Under the pieces are notes generated by a model. It had not been told where the DNA came from, did no database searches, and saw only the letters and a program-made list of their open reading frames with translations. Of a DNA stretch of 64,000 bases, positions 27,706 to 43,070 are shown piece after piece (position 1 is the stretch's first letter; every line of letters begins with the position of its first letter). Source of the stretch: Eledone cirrhosa. Taxonomy: Eukaryota. The translations under genes and the position numbers were made by a program. Where the stretch lies: positions 110,174,001 to 110,238,000 of the forward strand of contig OZ024742.1 of the NCBI GenBank assembly GCA_964016885.1. The letters run 5' to 3'.

Positions 27706-28234
27706 GGACAGTAATATGGACAAATATACAAGTAAATATGATACAACCAATATTATAAGCATGTTATAACGAACTGAAAAAAAACATAGTTAATATAAAT
27801 TTAAGAAAATCATATATAAATTAACAATATAATTTACCAAAACGAGAAAAATATTTTGATGATAAACGACGAAATACAGGAGGAAGATTCGAAAGCGAAA
27901 CGATAAATATACGTGCAAACAAATTGGCGGATGCTTTTGAGCAACAATTAGTCTCGTTGGTTGATTAGCCAATAAGATGATGAAATTAGCCAATAAGACG
28001 ATACATTACAAAACATGATTGGCGATCACTACGGCCAGCGATCACCACGGCCAGCGACACCCCTTGAATTTTTTATTCAGAATCTACGCATATATCTCAG
28101 ACACGCAGAGTTAAAACATTCTGTTGTTAGTCACTGCGTGTCTAACAGATACACCACTTTCACCACTAATTGATTTGACAGATGTTTTTAACCCATTGAT
28201 ACCAAATACTATTTGGTCAGTAGTTAGTGTGTAA

Positions 28235-28306
<72 letters not shown>

Positions 28307-28994
28307 TTGTGTGTCTGTGCCTATATATGTATGTTTGCATGCATGGATGAATACACTAAGCTTTAGATTTAGTATAATGTACAACCACTGATTCCAGCTA
28401 TCTGCACTATCATATATTTTGGTTTCTAGTAATTATTTAGGGGAATTGGTTGCCCAAATGCTTTGCTTAATTGTTTTATTTATTTAAAAAAAAAATTTAT
28501 TTTAATCTTTCTCTTAGATTTCAGGTATTTTTTGAAAGCAAAGCATTGGCCCCTAAAATACTACAGCAGGCCCTGCAATGCTACCGTGGGCTCTTGCAAT
28601 GCTACCGTGGGCCCCCTGGAGCACACTTGCCATTGGGCAAGCTGGCAACCTGGCCAGTCTGCCAGTGTATACAACTATGTTAGCTAGAACATTTTAATTC
28701 TATTTTCCGGTCGAGTTAGCCGATAGCTCTATATGCAAATGAGGCTAATCAGCCCGTGTACATAGGTACCAAAACTACATGTTTTCACCTATATTGAATT
28801 CCAGCAGAGAGTAGGGTAATGGAGCTGATTTGATAACGACAAGAGTCAGAGACGACGTCGTCGAGAGTTACCCCCTCTTTGCTTCTGCTGGAATCCGCTA
28901 GATGGCGCTACATCACCAGTTTCCAAATTCATAGCTGAAGCCTTTCAAAATGCTTACTCCTAAACATGCCGTAATTCTCCAGATAAACAAAATA

Positions 28995-29093
<99 letters not shown>

Positions 29094-29104
29094 ATATATA
29101 TATG

Positions 29105-29138
<34 letters not shown>

Positions 29139-29225
29139 TATAAATATATGTTATATATTATATATATATATATATATTATATTATATTTTATATATATAT
29201 ATTATATGTATATATATATAATATA

Positions 29226-29288
<63 letters not shown>

Positions 29289-29872
29289 TATATGTATATA
29301 AATATATATATGTATAAGCAAAATCCTAAAAGCACAAAAATAAACAATATAGTAGAGAAAGGCGAATAATTGAAGGCAGAAGCTATTGTCAGAAATAAGA
29401 AATTTTCTCCAAATTATTATAGATGTTGCTGTTGACAGAATTAAATAAACGTTAACGCAAAAAATGTTGAACCTGATATAAAACCTCAATACGTATTCAA
29501 GCCCACATACAAACACACAGGTATGCTGATGAATATATAGTAAAACATATATAAATATACTCACATATATATGTTTATTGCATTGATACATAGGAAGCAT
29601 ATATTTCTATACATTCTGAAATTCTGAAATCGCATACAAACTCACATATATACATACCCACATTCATATATATACATACGCACATTCATATATATATATA
29701 TATACATACGCACATATATATATAAATATTGCTGATATTTCCTTAAAACGAAGCGTAATTGTGCAGATATATTCATATCTACTAGATAATAGAAAAATAG
29801 AGGAATAATTAATGCATATATGTATGCATATATGTTTGTTTGTATGTATGTATGTATGTATCTCTCTCTCTC

Positions 29873-29917
<45 letters not shown>

Positions 29918-30418
29918 GGTATAATGATAGATGTATTGATAAGCTTATCTTAAATTTAAACAAATTATATAACATTTACACGTACATAAGGAACACATAC
30001 ACTGTCGCATATATATATGTGAATATATATATATTATATATATATATATATATACCTATATATATATATATATATATTTACTTACATATGTGCATTCATA
30101 CAGGCATATATGTTATATTTACATGTGTTTGGCATTTTATGTTTCGGCTTATATATCTGCTTCTCGATTGCATGTTTGCTTCTCAAGAATGCATTATTAA
30201 GAAAATTGCAATCTAAAAATAAGCAAATATATATCAAACATATTAATATATTGCACAATATATATGTTTCGCAATATAATGTTACACATTACACTAGTAT
30301 ATTGCAGAATATATGATATATAATACAATATATTACATATTTCAGATCATATAATATTTAAAAATATCAAAAGCAACATACAGAACGCTCATAATTGTAT
30401 TATGTATTAAACAATATA

Positions 30419-30534
<116 letters not shown>

Positions 30535-30581
30535 AACACACACACACACACACACACACTCACACACACACACACACACAC

Positions 30582-30639
<58 letters not shown>

Positions 30640-30952
30640 CACAATATATAATATATGATTCAAAAATATGACAAGCGTTTATGACATGACATATCATAGA
30701 TTGTATATTCCACAACATTATATATATATATCCCTTCCCTATACTGTACCGATTGTGTTGTTATTTCTGTTTACCTTTTACACACACATACACACATATA
30801 TATATATATATATATATAAACTCTTACGTGGACCTCTCAAAATTCGTTGGATTTTCTGATTGGATTTTCACCTCGAAACTGGATACCAACCCGGAGTACA
30901 CCTGAACTTCCACCAGGAAATCTCTCGTACCTTTGAAATTTTCTTTGCTTCT

Positions 30953-31076
<124 letters not shown>

Positions 31077-31142
31077 TATATACATATATATGTACATATA
31101 ATATGTATATGTTCTAGTCCTATAGAAGCCATTTCTATATTA

Positions 31143-31175
<33 letters not shown>

Positions 31176-31176
31176 G

Positions 31177-31222
<46 letters not shown>

Positions 31223-31666
31223 TGTAGATACCTGACCACTTTTGAAGACCTCACCATCCTTTAGCAGAGCATTTTAATATTGCCACTCAATGAATACCCA
31301 TTTTTTGCCTGGAATAAATGAACCTTAAAAATTAGGAGTGCCTCTCAGTGTGCTTGTGTTTATCTATAGGTACTTAGCTTAAATTTACTTCTGCTTTTGT
31401 ATCACTATGTATTTATGTAAATATAGTTTTCAAAGAATCCCCTTTCTTTAAATCCTTCAGCCAATGACCTCCGCTCATCTCAATCACCACCCTCTCCTAC
31501 CACCAGAATATGTATAAATACAACCATATTACATTGACAATCCACTTTTCTGATCATTTCTTCCGAATGAAACAGTTCTAGTCCTGTAGAAGCCATTTCT
31601 ATATTTATACTCTGCTATGTATTGAGTATCTTCCTGTGGCTACCCCCGATTTAACCCGGTATAAAC

Positions 31667-31749
<83 letters not shown>

Positions 31750-31752
<3 letters not shown>

Positions 31753-32755
31753 AGTTACGAACTCAGAGTAGTCTCTTACAATTAAATTGCTCTAAGAAAA
31801 AAGCTTTTCCGAGCCGTACAATATAATTGAATAAACAAGAGAGATGAACACTAATATAAACATACATGTGTTCGAATCGTAAGGACCAAATTTGCTAGGG
31901 TGTTATCCTCAACTTTAAATATTAAATTAAGAAAAATTAAGAAAAATATATTGGGCAAAACGCCAGGTATATATTGGGCAAAACGCCAGGTAACAACTAG
32001 ACAGTATTGGAGACTGAGGAGCAAAGAAACGTGAGAACTTCACTTAATAAGTCGTTGCAAAATAATGTCTAGTTGTTACCTGGCATTTTGCCCCATATAG
32101 GTCTGTTATTTTTCTTAATTTTTCTTAATTTAATATTTAAAGTTGAGGATAACAAACCATATTACTGTAGTTAGTATTTGTTCACCCTAGCAAATTTGGT
32201 CCTTACGATTCGAACACATGTATGTTTATATTAGTGTTCATCTCTCTTGTTTATTCAATTATATTGTACGGCTTGGAAAAGCTTTTTTCTTAGAGCTATT
32301 TAATTGTAAGAGACTACCCTGAGTTCTTAACTCAATATATATTTGTCGGCTCCATCATGTAGAGCTAACTTTTAATGTCCTGTCAGCCAGGCTGCTATTT
32401 TTAGCGGCAGGGAATTTCGAGACAAGCTGGGTTCCGAATGACACGTGCGATAATTCATATCGTACACAATTCATTCTCTAATATTTTTAGAAGTGAAAGG
32501 ATCACTAATTTTTCATCAACAACTACTGAGGAGCAGAGAAACGTGAGAACTTCACTTAATAAGATGTTGCGTAACAGTCTCCAATACTGTCTAGTTGTTA
32601 CCAGGCGTTTTGCCCAATATAGGTCTGTTATTTTTCTTAATTTTTCTTAATTTAATATTTAAAGTTGAGGATAACACCCTAGCAAATTTGGTCCTTGCGA
32701 TTCGAACACATGTATGTTTATATTAGTGTTCATCTCTCTTGTTTATTCAATTATA
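31750..32755. mobile_element. Fold-back plus partial tandem non-coding element in (TA)n with degenerate hammerhead-like motifs
   Basis: About 31750-32000 is mirrored by about 32068-32337; the unit repeats directly at about 32525-32755; CTGAGGA..GAAAC GTGA..TCAC at 32014 and 32526. Confidence 0.7.
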
Positions 32756-33130
32756 TATATATATATATATATATATTATCGTCCCTTTTAGCTGCGATTT
32801 AGTACCGAACGGATGTATCCTACTTCTCTCCTCTAATCTATCTGTCTGTCTATCTAATTTGTTCGTTTTGTTAAGCACACATCATACGAGCCGGCAATTA
32901 TATGTAGTACCTTCCATTTTGAATCGTGTAAAACTACATTCTGGTATGAGGGCTGATGATGTTTCATTTTCCATTTCCTTTGCTCTTCTTTACGTATCAC
33001 TTTTCAGGAAAAAGATACTTCTAGCCGTTTATTCCTGTTTTTTTAGCTAAGATTTTACCTGATGCCGTAATTGACGGTATTTTGCTGTTATGGTAGCTAT
33101 CCTTGCGTTGTGTTTTTCTCATTATCCTGT

Positions 33131-33373
<243 letters not shown>

Positions 33374-36300
33374 TATGTTTTGAAGATTATAAATAATCCA
33401 GGCGCTTATCGTAATCGATGCGATTACTTGATTTGTGAGGTGTATTGCTTTATTCATGGATAATTCATATATATTACGTTATTTCTGTAAATCTTGATAA
33501 ACAATATTTCGTTGAATTGGAACATGTACTCGTAGAGTATAATAAAGGTAAACGAAGAAATCATTCAGTGTAACATTCATTCATTTAGTTACGGCCGTTT
33601 CAGTATTAATCCTGCTCACAGCTATTGAATCCTGCAAATTTTTATATATAGGTAATTGCATAACTAATTCATACTGATAAATAGAATGAAATCAAGAATG
33701 AATGTCATGTCGTACGATTAAACTATTTTTATGTATCCCGAACTACATTAATTTAAAAAAAACAACAACTTTAAAGTATATCGTATGAAAATAAAATAAA
33801 TAACATGTGAAATATAAATGAAAATAAAAATAAAAGACTAAATTGAATACAGGAGATGGGGAGAAAGAGATAGATAGATAGGGAAAAGGAAAGATAAGAA
33901 AAGAAATGTAAGAAGCAAATGGGAAATATATATTACATTAATTTACTAAAACGCATCGTGTATTAGTAGGTATATATATTTTCTCAGTCTTTCTTTCTCT
34001 CTCGCTATCTATTTCTCTTTCTCTGCCATCCTCTTTTCATTCATACGACTTTAGTATCAAATACTTTTTTCCGGTTCCTTATAGTCGCTCTGCTGTTGTG
34101 TTGAGAGAGAGAGAAAGCGAGAGAAAGAAAGAGGGAGAGAGAGAGAGAGGAAGAGAGGGAGTTTGAGAGAGAGAAAGAGATGATGAGGATCTATAATAAA
34201 ATATTATTTCATAATCAGAGAGAAAAAGAGAGAAAGAAAGAAAGAGTGGGTAGTGAAGAAAGAGAGGCAGAGACCGCTGGAACAGACCTTATTCATAAAC
34301 CGCGAAAGGATGAAAGGCAAAGCTGACCTCGGTGGGGTTTGAACTCAGAGAACTTAACGAATATCGTGAAACATTCCATCTGATATTTTAACCACTCTCT
34401 TAAGTTGCAGCTTCTATCACGCACTATGAAAATTAAAACCAGGTTTTTCAAAGGACCTTTAACGTGGTAAATCGACCTGTTACAATTAACAACCAAGCAT
34501 CCCGCAAATCTAACTTTAAAATCCGATAAAAATAAAAATACACTAGATAATGTATTTAATCCGAGTTATGATATGTTTGAATAAAAGAAGGAAGGAGTTA
34601 TCCCCAGATCAGAGACCCAGTGTGAATGTTTGAAGCAGAGTGTCTTTGATCAACGCCAGTCAAGGACAAGGTAGATGTGTAAAACAAGCGATGGTTTAAG
34701 TCTACCACCCAAATACGTTATAACTAGATTTGAACTCAGAGCGCAGAGAACCGGTAAGTATCTTGTTAGATTCAATAGCAATTCAGCTAATCAACTGCCT
34801 TGGGCTGGTACTTTATTTTAATGAAATGTTAAAAAGCAAAGTTGATCACGATGGAATTTGTGAAGAAAATCAAAAGAAATACTGAAATACATTTTATCTT
34901 ATGCTCAGTGTACTGACTCCTTAAAAAAAAATAACTTTACTTACTCTGCATAGTAGCTATTTCAAGCTAAATGGACTGCGCTTGGCCAAGAGCATAGCAG
35001 ATAGATTCGGGATAAAAGCCCATCTAAATTCTATGTTGTTATAGTTGTTTAGTATGTGACGTGTGATAAAAAGCATTTCAGTAGTGACCATCCTATTTTT
35101 GTTTTCAGACCTGGGCCTATTGCCAGCTTTAGGAGCCGTATACTTCACAATTAGCTTGAGCTTATGACCAGCGTTCGTGTCCTGTAGTTTCCACCTAGTA
35201 TGGGACTATTACTGGTTTTGCACGGTCCAAGTTATAGACTTTAGCTTAGAGATTGCTAAGATTAGATCTCTCTAAGATTTGGTCACCTTTCTTCGTTCTC
35301 ATAAAAAGAGTTTCGCATCAACGGCACTTAAATGATTTCAGTGGTAGATTTCTTTACTGAGAAGTAAAACATTTATTGATGAGAAGAGAAATGTCGACAG
35401 GTAGGATATGAAGTGTAATAAAGCTTAGAAACTACATATTTGATAAAAAAAAAATGAACGCAAAAAGGAATCAAGAAAAGAGAGAGCGACAGAAGGCGAG
35501 AGAGAAAGAAAAAGAGATAGATAGAGATAAAGTTAGAGAAAGATAAATAGAGATAGATAGTTAGATAGATAGAGAGGGGGGGGGGGAGATTAGAAACAAA
35601 TTCAATTAAAAATAAGTAGACACTGTAAAATGATAACGGAACCGTTAATGGAGAAATTTTATGACCGTGTTCCCTGTGCCTTGCTTGAAAATAGAATTGG
35701 CTTTGAAATATATCAACACAAAAAGGAAACCAAATAAGCAAACAAACAAAAAAAGTCTACTATTAATGTAATCTTAAATATGAATCCATAAACACACAAG
35801 GGATAATTTTCAGGTAATCAACTTCGACATTTAAAACTCGAGTGGAAAGATAATGTAGGTGAAACCATATGCTGCAAATAACGTAAGAATTAATTTAGTA
35901 CCCGCCAAACAGATATAATAACAACTCGTTCGCTGACAGTTCTGAAGTATAGTAATCTTTGAGTGCAATAAACTATAGTTGCGTTATGTAGTCAATAAAT
36001 ACAAGGAAAGAAAACTTTCATAGAAGTCAGACAAAAAAAAAACAAAAAAACAAAAAACAGACAGCAGACGATAAAAACATTTGATTTTTTTTCCTTTTTG
36101 AAAAAGAAGGAAACTTCTCAATATATACAAGACTTAATATTTTATATTTTACAAAATAATTTTTATAAAAATAAACAACACCTTTCATTGATGTCCCTGG
36201 TTCAGTATTTAAAAAAAAAAAATTAACGTTAAATTGTGACTGAAATATGAGGGCAACGCGTTTGGCTTATGAAAACAAGAAAGCTATTCTAAATTTTAAA

Positions 36301-37321
36301 ATTAACTTCACAGGAAAAATTTGGCCGGGTGTTTATAATATCGGTGGATAAGCAGGAATGTTAAAGCTTCAGAGAGACAGTTGCTTCGCGGGATTTGTTC
36401 CGGTGTTTTGGTTTACTGAGCTGAAATCATGGTGATGTCAAATTTGTTACTCAGCCTTCCAGAGTTAAAAAAAAAAAAAAAAAAGAAATACACTGATCTC
36501 CACCCGATTATTGTTATCGCAAGGATTTATGACGCAGCCCGACACAGAATAAGAACTACAATAGTACAAGAATCAAAGTCAATAACAGACCTATTCTTTT
36601 TTGTATCTTAATATATATTTTCTATAATTTACTTTATGTATAGCTAACCTGAATATGTATTTGCAACTAAGTGCCTTTAATAATCATGATACTTCATAAA
36701 TATGTAAAGGATAGAGAAGTCTACATCAGTGTTGGGCTGACACATTTTTGTCGACTTAAAAGATGAAAGGGAAATTCAGTGAGCCACACCATATACGAAG
36801 GAATTTTTAGTTCGGCGCCCCAACGACAGCCAATTCGCCGACTTGTTAGTTTATTCAATTGTTTACATTGCGTCTAAATACCTTTTAAAGAGTTTGTTAT
36901 ATCCAGATATACTTGTGGCGTTGGCGCTATAAGTGTTTTAATTTAGCAATTGGGACTACAGAAGAGTATCTCAAATGATTGGTTATTCAAAACTTTTTTA
37001 TCAAGTGTTTCACTTAAAATTTATTTTATCGACCAAAGAGGAAGAAACACAAAGGTGACATCGAAGGAATTTGAAATAGTGAGTTAATGAGGCATAAACA
37101 AATACCACAAGACGTTTCGTGGCTCGGCTGATTCAACCAGTCTACCACATATAAATATCCTTAACAATGTGTACCAATGAGAGAAAGAGAGAGAGAGTGA
37201 GGGAGGGGGTGTTAGAGAAAGGGTGAGAGAGAGAAAGAGAGAAGGGAGTGTGTTAGAGAGAGAGAGAGAGAGAGAGAGAGTGAGAGGGCGAGGGAGTGTG
37301 AGAGATAGATAGATAGAAAGC

Positions 37322-37394
<73 letters not shown>

Positions 37395-38000
37395 GTCAGG
37401 TCACCAGTTGGTACTACTGGTAACATGTATCCCAGTACAACCTGTCTCATGGTCGGGTCGTTGGCGACTAAACTGGCAACCCCACCAAGGTTTCTTGGTG
37501 AGGAGGGTGACTTTGGACATCCTGCAGGACTAAAAACAAAACCTGTCAAAGGGAAAAGGAGCTCTTAAGAGTCAATGGCCATCCAAAATCACCGGGAGAG
37601 ATGACCCCTTAGCCTTTGTCAAGGCAGAATTCTAGGAGAAGGAAAACTCTGATATAACACCTGCAACCCTGATGGTATCCAATGATGTTGACTTGTTCTT
37701 CTTTTTGGTACATATCATCTTGGTTAAGAGAGTGGGACTGGCTTTGTGCAGTGCCTTTGCTCACTATAAAAGCTTCACGGCACAGGCATTGCTTTATATC
37801 TGGAGATCTCTCTGCACTTGTCGTCAGATGGTACCATGGGCCCAGCACTATGTGTCAATAATTGTCAAAAGTGTAGTGTTTGTACCAGAGTTTTCAAATA
37901 GCTGGCTGGACTAAAAAGTCACACTCGTTCAGCGCATCCGTAGGGGTTCTCCTACATGGATATAAAGTAGTGGCCGTACTCGAAAACGAGTTGGCAGCCA

Positions 38001-38002
<2 letters not shown>
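37395..38002 (+). mobile_element. Probable LINE-derived fragment (RTE-like 5' UTR) between two (TA)n tracts
   Basis: GC-richer island; GAAGGAAAACTCTGA recalls RTE 5' UTRs (from memory, unverified). Confidence 0.35.
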
Positions 38003-38081
<79 letters not shown>

Positions 38082-38096
38082 TATATATATATACAC

Positions 38097-38128
<32 letters not shown>

Positions 38129-38155
38129 TGTGTGAGAGATAGATAGATAGAAAGC

Positions 38156-38188
<33 letters not shown>

Positions 38189-38739
38189 TGTGTGTGTGTG
38201 TGTGAGAGAGAGAAAGAGTCCACGCGATGGCTCGATCTACTAGAAAGAATAACGGAATCTCTCTCAAATGACATCATATTGGCTACAAAATGAAAGGTAC
38301 ATAGGAAAATATGGTTCTAAATATACAGATCAGAAGGGATGGTCAGAAATGAAACGTCACTATCTAAGTCTGCTTGATGAGAACTGACTTCAGTTTACAA
38401 ACCACCAGTAACCAATGAATAACCGATTAACGTAACATTGCGTGTCTTTCTTGTATGTTTATAAATCGACTGCTCGTGTCATTTAGTTAGGTGATTACGG
38501 TGTCGTCTGCACAGTGTATCGGTAACAATATAATGCATTGTTGTCACACTATCAATTTTAATTCTGACTCTCACAATCATCTTTCTTCAATCTTTTTCTT
38601 TATACCCGCCTTTCTCATTAAGCCCACGCTTTATAATTGTTGGGTTTTAGCCATCATAAAATGAGAAAAGAATAGACAAACGAAATTAAAGACTAAAAAT
38701 TATGGAACATCTTTTAACTTAAGTATAAAAGACAACAGC

Positions 38740-38898
<159 letters not shown>

Positions 38899-39575
38899 GT
38901 ATATAATTTTCCTAATTTTTTATATATGTAGAAACATAAGAAAATTAACAAAGAGAGGACAAGACAATGAACGGAAAGAAAACGAAAAATAATTTTTTAA
39001 GAGGAAACCTTAAACAATTATATATATAAAAAATAAAAATACGAACGAAGGACACTGAACTCCATGGTCATCGACCGTTGAGATGGACTTTGGCAGTTTC
39101 GACCCATACCAACGGTACTGCTGGTCCACCCGGGATCACAGCGTTTGACATAAGCCAAACGCTGTTTAGTGGAATAAGAGGCTAGGGACAACACGTTAAT
39201 TCATAGCAATTAAGCTCAATACACATAGAATTTTGTGTAAGGGATAAAGTGTATGTGTATGTTGCTGAAAGCCTCCGAAACGGTATGTCCTAGACAAGAA
39301 CGGATTCAAAATGTGCGTCCCAAAGAGAAAGTTTTGGGGAATATGGAGTTTCTTAATTCCGAAAAGAATAAAAGAAAAACAAACACATAAACATAAGTTT
39401 GTGTCATTTCTATCAACGTAATATCCATTAATGTGCAGAGTGAAAAGGTCACAGATAGCCTGTCAGATTAATCAATGGACTTCACTGACATATGGTTTTT
39501 TCATCGTCCCTCGAAACGTTCTTTTCTTCTGTCCGTCTCTCGATTTTGTGTTGTTAACGTGTGTATGACGTTTCG

Positions 39576-39697
39576 TCGCAGCGTATCATAGTGGTTAGGG
39601 CATTTGACTCACGATCGTAAGGTTGTGAGTTCGATTCCCGGTGGCACATTGTGTCCTTGAATAAGACATTTCATTTCGCGTTGTCCCAGTCCACTTT
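39576..39697 (+). mobile_element. Second tRNA-derived SINE family (CORE-like), 5' part
   Basis: TAGTGGTTAGGGC..GAGTTCGATTCCCGG followed by TGTGTCCTTGAATAAGACA. Confidence 0.7.
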
Positions 39698-39864
39698 CCA
39701 TAGAAACTGCATTGGGGACGATTGACTATTCACGAAACGGGTGACGGGGAATAAGTAACGAGAGATGAGGCAAGAGGAAGACATGGTCCGACATGGAATA
39801 AAAAAATTGAAAGAAAGGCATTCTATGATACAAATTGTTCGGCAACGACGGGTTACTCTGCTAG

Positions 39865-39899
<35 letters not shown>

Positions 39900-39959
39900 A
39901 TAGAGAGAGAGACACACACACACATTCATATATATATATATGTATGACAGCACCTACCT

Positions 39960-41325
39960 TGCGCTCAATTATAGCCATCGCTTGAATTTTAAAAAACGCT
40001 TCTACGTGTGCATAGCACGGATGTGACTTTTTAGGCCAGCAAGAGTCCTACATTTTTTGGCATAGGTGTTACAGACATGGCCTTTGACGACAGGAATTCG
40101 TAGCTGGTTGCTATGTACTTTCATGTGCCACTTTAAACCTCCTGCTGATTGATAGATTTTACCATAGGTTGTTATATCATACGCATCAACGTAATTTTCA
40201 TCAACCCTTCGAACAAGGCCCATTTTGTGATTTTTTAATCCAGCTTTGCTGAAGCTGACTCACCCACACTCATCGCATTTCAGTTCTCTTTGGTCTCCCA
40301 CACTCACTGGCCATTCCACTTTCAAGCGCTTCCTCACTTTAACCTTTCATAATTTCTTCGGCTGTTTTAAAGTATGCTTTCCTTTCATATTAGAGCTTCT
40401 CTTCACCGAGTTCGATCCTTGGCAGCTTGTTCCCTGTCTCCACCATATATATCTACTGTCATCAAAGATATTTTCCAACAGTCCTTGAACCCCTTTTTAG
40501 GTTTATGAGATAAACAATTGTCATCCCTCCATTCTCACCACATAATCTGCTCATTGGGGACGGGGCTGCAAAATGATCAACTCGATTCTCTGACAGTGAT
40601 TTCTTTGAAGGATTTAAAAATCACTCACACACATCAGTCAGTGTAAACCAAACATTCTACGAATGCACTGCAGTAAAAGCGCTTAGCTGTTTTAGATGCT
40701 TCTGGTAAGTAACCCACGTCTCACAAACGAACAACAGAGATGAAAACATACAAGTCACGTAGACCTTAACTTTAATATCAATAGATACCTCGCTGAGACC
40801 ATAGTCGTTTTTCCAGCTTTCCGATGGCATCACTAGCTTGATGAGATTTCATTGTCAAATGTGCACAGAACACATGGAGTACTGCCGAGATACACAAATC
40901 TGTCCACAACCTCTTATGTCTATGTCTGGTTCCATGTATGATTTTCCTGGTTGTTAAACCAAGTGCAAAACACATTGGTAAAAGAGTCATTTAGGTACTG
41001 CATATATTTCTGTGAGTGAGCAAAAAGATCGCAGTCATCTGCATACAGAAATTCTCTCAGCAGTGAGTGCATGACTTTCGTATTGCCACCAAAGCGTCTT
41101 ATGCTGAAAAGCTTCCCAGATGTACGAAACCTGAGGTATATTCTATATGGACAATCTTTAAATGCCATTATAAATACCACTGTATAGAACAATGAAAACA
41201 GTGCTGGTGTTGTTATGTCAGTCTGTTTGACACTATTCCTTACAGTAATCGGTTCTGATACATTTCCACCAATATTCACACAGGCTTTCATGCCATCATC
41301 AAATTGCACAGAACTTTCCCAGCAA
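39960..41325 (-). mobile_element. Degenerate RTE-clade LINE, 3' portion
   Basis: NSVKQ..PALFSLF, FRTSGKLFSIRR, REFLYADDCDL, and a C-terminal zinc-finger-like remnant (CRTLAGLKSH); many frameshifts. Confidence 0.8.
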
Positions 41326-41720
41326 CTTAACAGAAATTAAGAGACGAGCAACAAATATGACATGTGATAAAGCGCCAAAACGCAATGCTTTTCTCCTACA
41401 AAACATAAAACTCTCATGGTTCCAAATTCAAGTACTCCTCATTTTTAGGCGAATAAATTATTTATTTTTTAGTATAAGAGAAGGTTACACCTTTTTTTTG
41501 GTTGAGATGTATAATACTTATATTTTCGAACCCAGAACAATGAAAAAATAAAAATAGGACAGGTAAATTTCAACCCATATAAAGCAAAGAGACATAAGAA
41601 TTTCAAGACATTTTACCTGATTTCGTTTGATTCTGACTTTCACCGCTTAATAGTAGTGACACAAGACCTCAAATAAGAAGAGCAGTATATAGTCAATTAC
41701 ATCGACCCCAGAGCTTCATT

Positions 41721-41926
41721 GTTGTTGTTCTTCTTTTCTTCGCTCTGAGAGGGTCGTGGGGGCAGAGTCCTCAAACACTCCCTCCAGCGGACAGATTTTA
41801 CGGGCGAAACCAACAGGTAGGAGAGCAAGGAGGTGGACCCCGAGCAAGATAGTTGGGTAACATCCATGAGCTTGGCTGGTCACGATTGGCTGGTCACGCT
41901 TGACTGATCACGCTTGGATCAGTTGG
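41721..41926 (-). mobile_element. Short retroposed LINE 3' end inserted into an old SINE
   Basis: 11-bp TSD AGAGCTTCATT at 41710-41720 and 41927-41937; AAG/AAC-type tail on the minus strand. Confidence 0.7.
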
Positions 41927-42949
41927 AGAGCTTCATTATTACTTATTTTATTGACCACAGAAGGATAAAGTCAAACGGACGTGTAATTCGAACCTAGATG
42001 TTAAAGATTTAATTCCACGGCTTTTATTCAACAATGTTCTGGTCAGCGGTTTATGTTGATGTTAAGTTAAGGTTAACTGTGTTGTAGACATTATCTCTCT
42101 GTCCATTTTCGCCATTATACTCGTCAACACCAAAATGAAATTAATTTTCAAACTTACTGAATAATAACTTTGTCCAACAATAGGCAGATATTAAAGAGTG
42201 AGTTTGTGACACTGTAATTTGCCAATGATTTAGCATTGGCGGTTGTCTGTGTATTTAAGAAAGAAAAAGAATGTGTTAGGGAGAAAAATAAAGACAGAGA
42301 TAGATAGACAGTTGTTTTTGTTGTTGTTGACTTGTAGGTATCTGAAAATGAAATATGCATTAATACCGGCCCATTCGAAAAGGTTTTACGAGGCTAATGT
42401 ATTTGGCACACTTGACAAACCCACTTGGCTTACCGCCTTCAAACATTTAATTCAACTAACACGATATTGGCAGTCTCTACGCCAGGTAATTGGCCCAACA
42501 TCGCTTAAAAAAATATATTTTTCATTTAAATCGATTCGTATGTCTGTGATTAACTGGCTAAAATTGCACACCGGGAAATTATAGACTGAATGTCACAGCT
42601 CAGTTTGGTATATTAAGATTGTGACGGGTCATAAATATGTCTAGAACCTTCTCTATTCTATTTGTCATCTCCAGCAAGCTGGTGATCACCCCTCACCATC
42701 GCCAACACACCATTTTTCTTTTATCCAGTAACTTAAATCTGTCTGTATAAATTTAAATCACACGCAAGACTGCTCTCTCCTTCAACTCTCCTCTCTCTCT
42801 CTTCCTCCTCTCTCGCTTAGTATATATTGAGGGAGATGTGGTTGGCTAAGAAATTGAGTGACTGTACATCGCAACCGGGAGAAAGAATGTGTAAATATGT
42901 TTGAGTATGATACACACACACACATATATATATATACAAACACATACAA

Positions 42950-43002
<53 letters not shown>

Positions 43003-43020
43003 CATACAAATATATATATG

Positions 43021-43070
<50 letters not shown>

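Larger units (their letters stand above)
25453..28667. mobile_element. Non-autonomous hAT-like DNA transposon carrying nested insertions
   Basis: Imperfect TIRs CAGTGGCGAACTGG and CCAGTCTGCCAGTG; perfect 8-bp TSD TATACAAC at 25445-25452 and 28668-28675; subterminal GGGCCC motifs. Confidence 0.85.
25268..28997. mobile_element. Fold-back hammerhead-bearing element split by a hAT insertion (parts 25268-25452 and 28676-28997)
   Basis: About 25290-25427 is an inverted match to about 28868-28997; the sequence is continuous across the TATACAAC duplication; degenerate hammerhead at 28830-28862. Confidence 0.7.

Noticed and set aside
34950-35340. Non-repetitive stretches (also about 20850-21080) as possible host exons
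   Set aside because: No convincing ORF, splice-site pair or recognisable domain; transcript data would be needed.
39261-39295. CTGAAAG..GAAAC ggtat GTC hammerhead-like string; similar weak strings near 31549-31585 and 15350-15385
   Set aside because: Core is incomplete and stems I/II do not pair convincingly; they may be decayed relics but cannot be supported.
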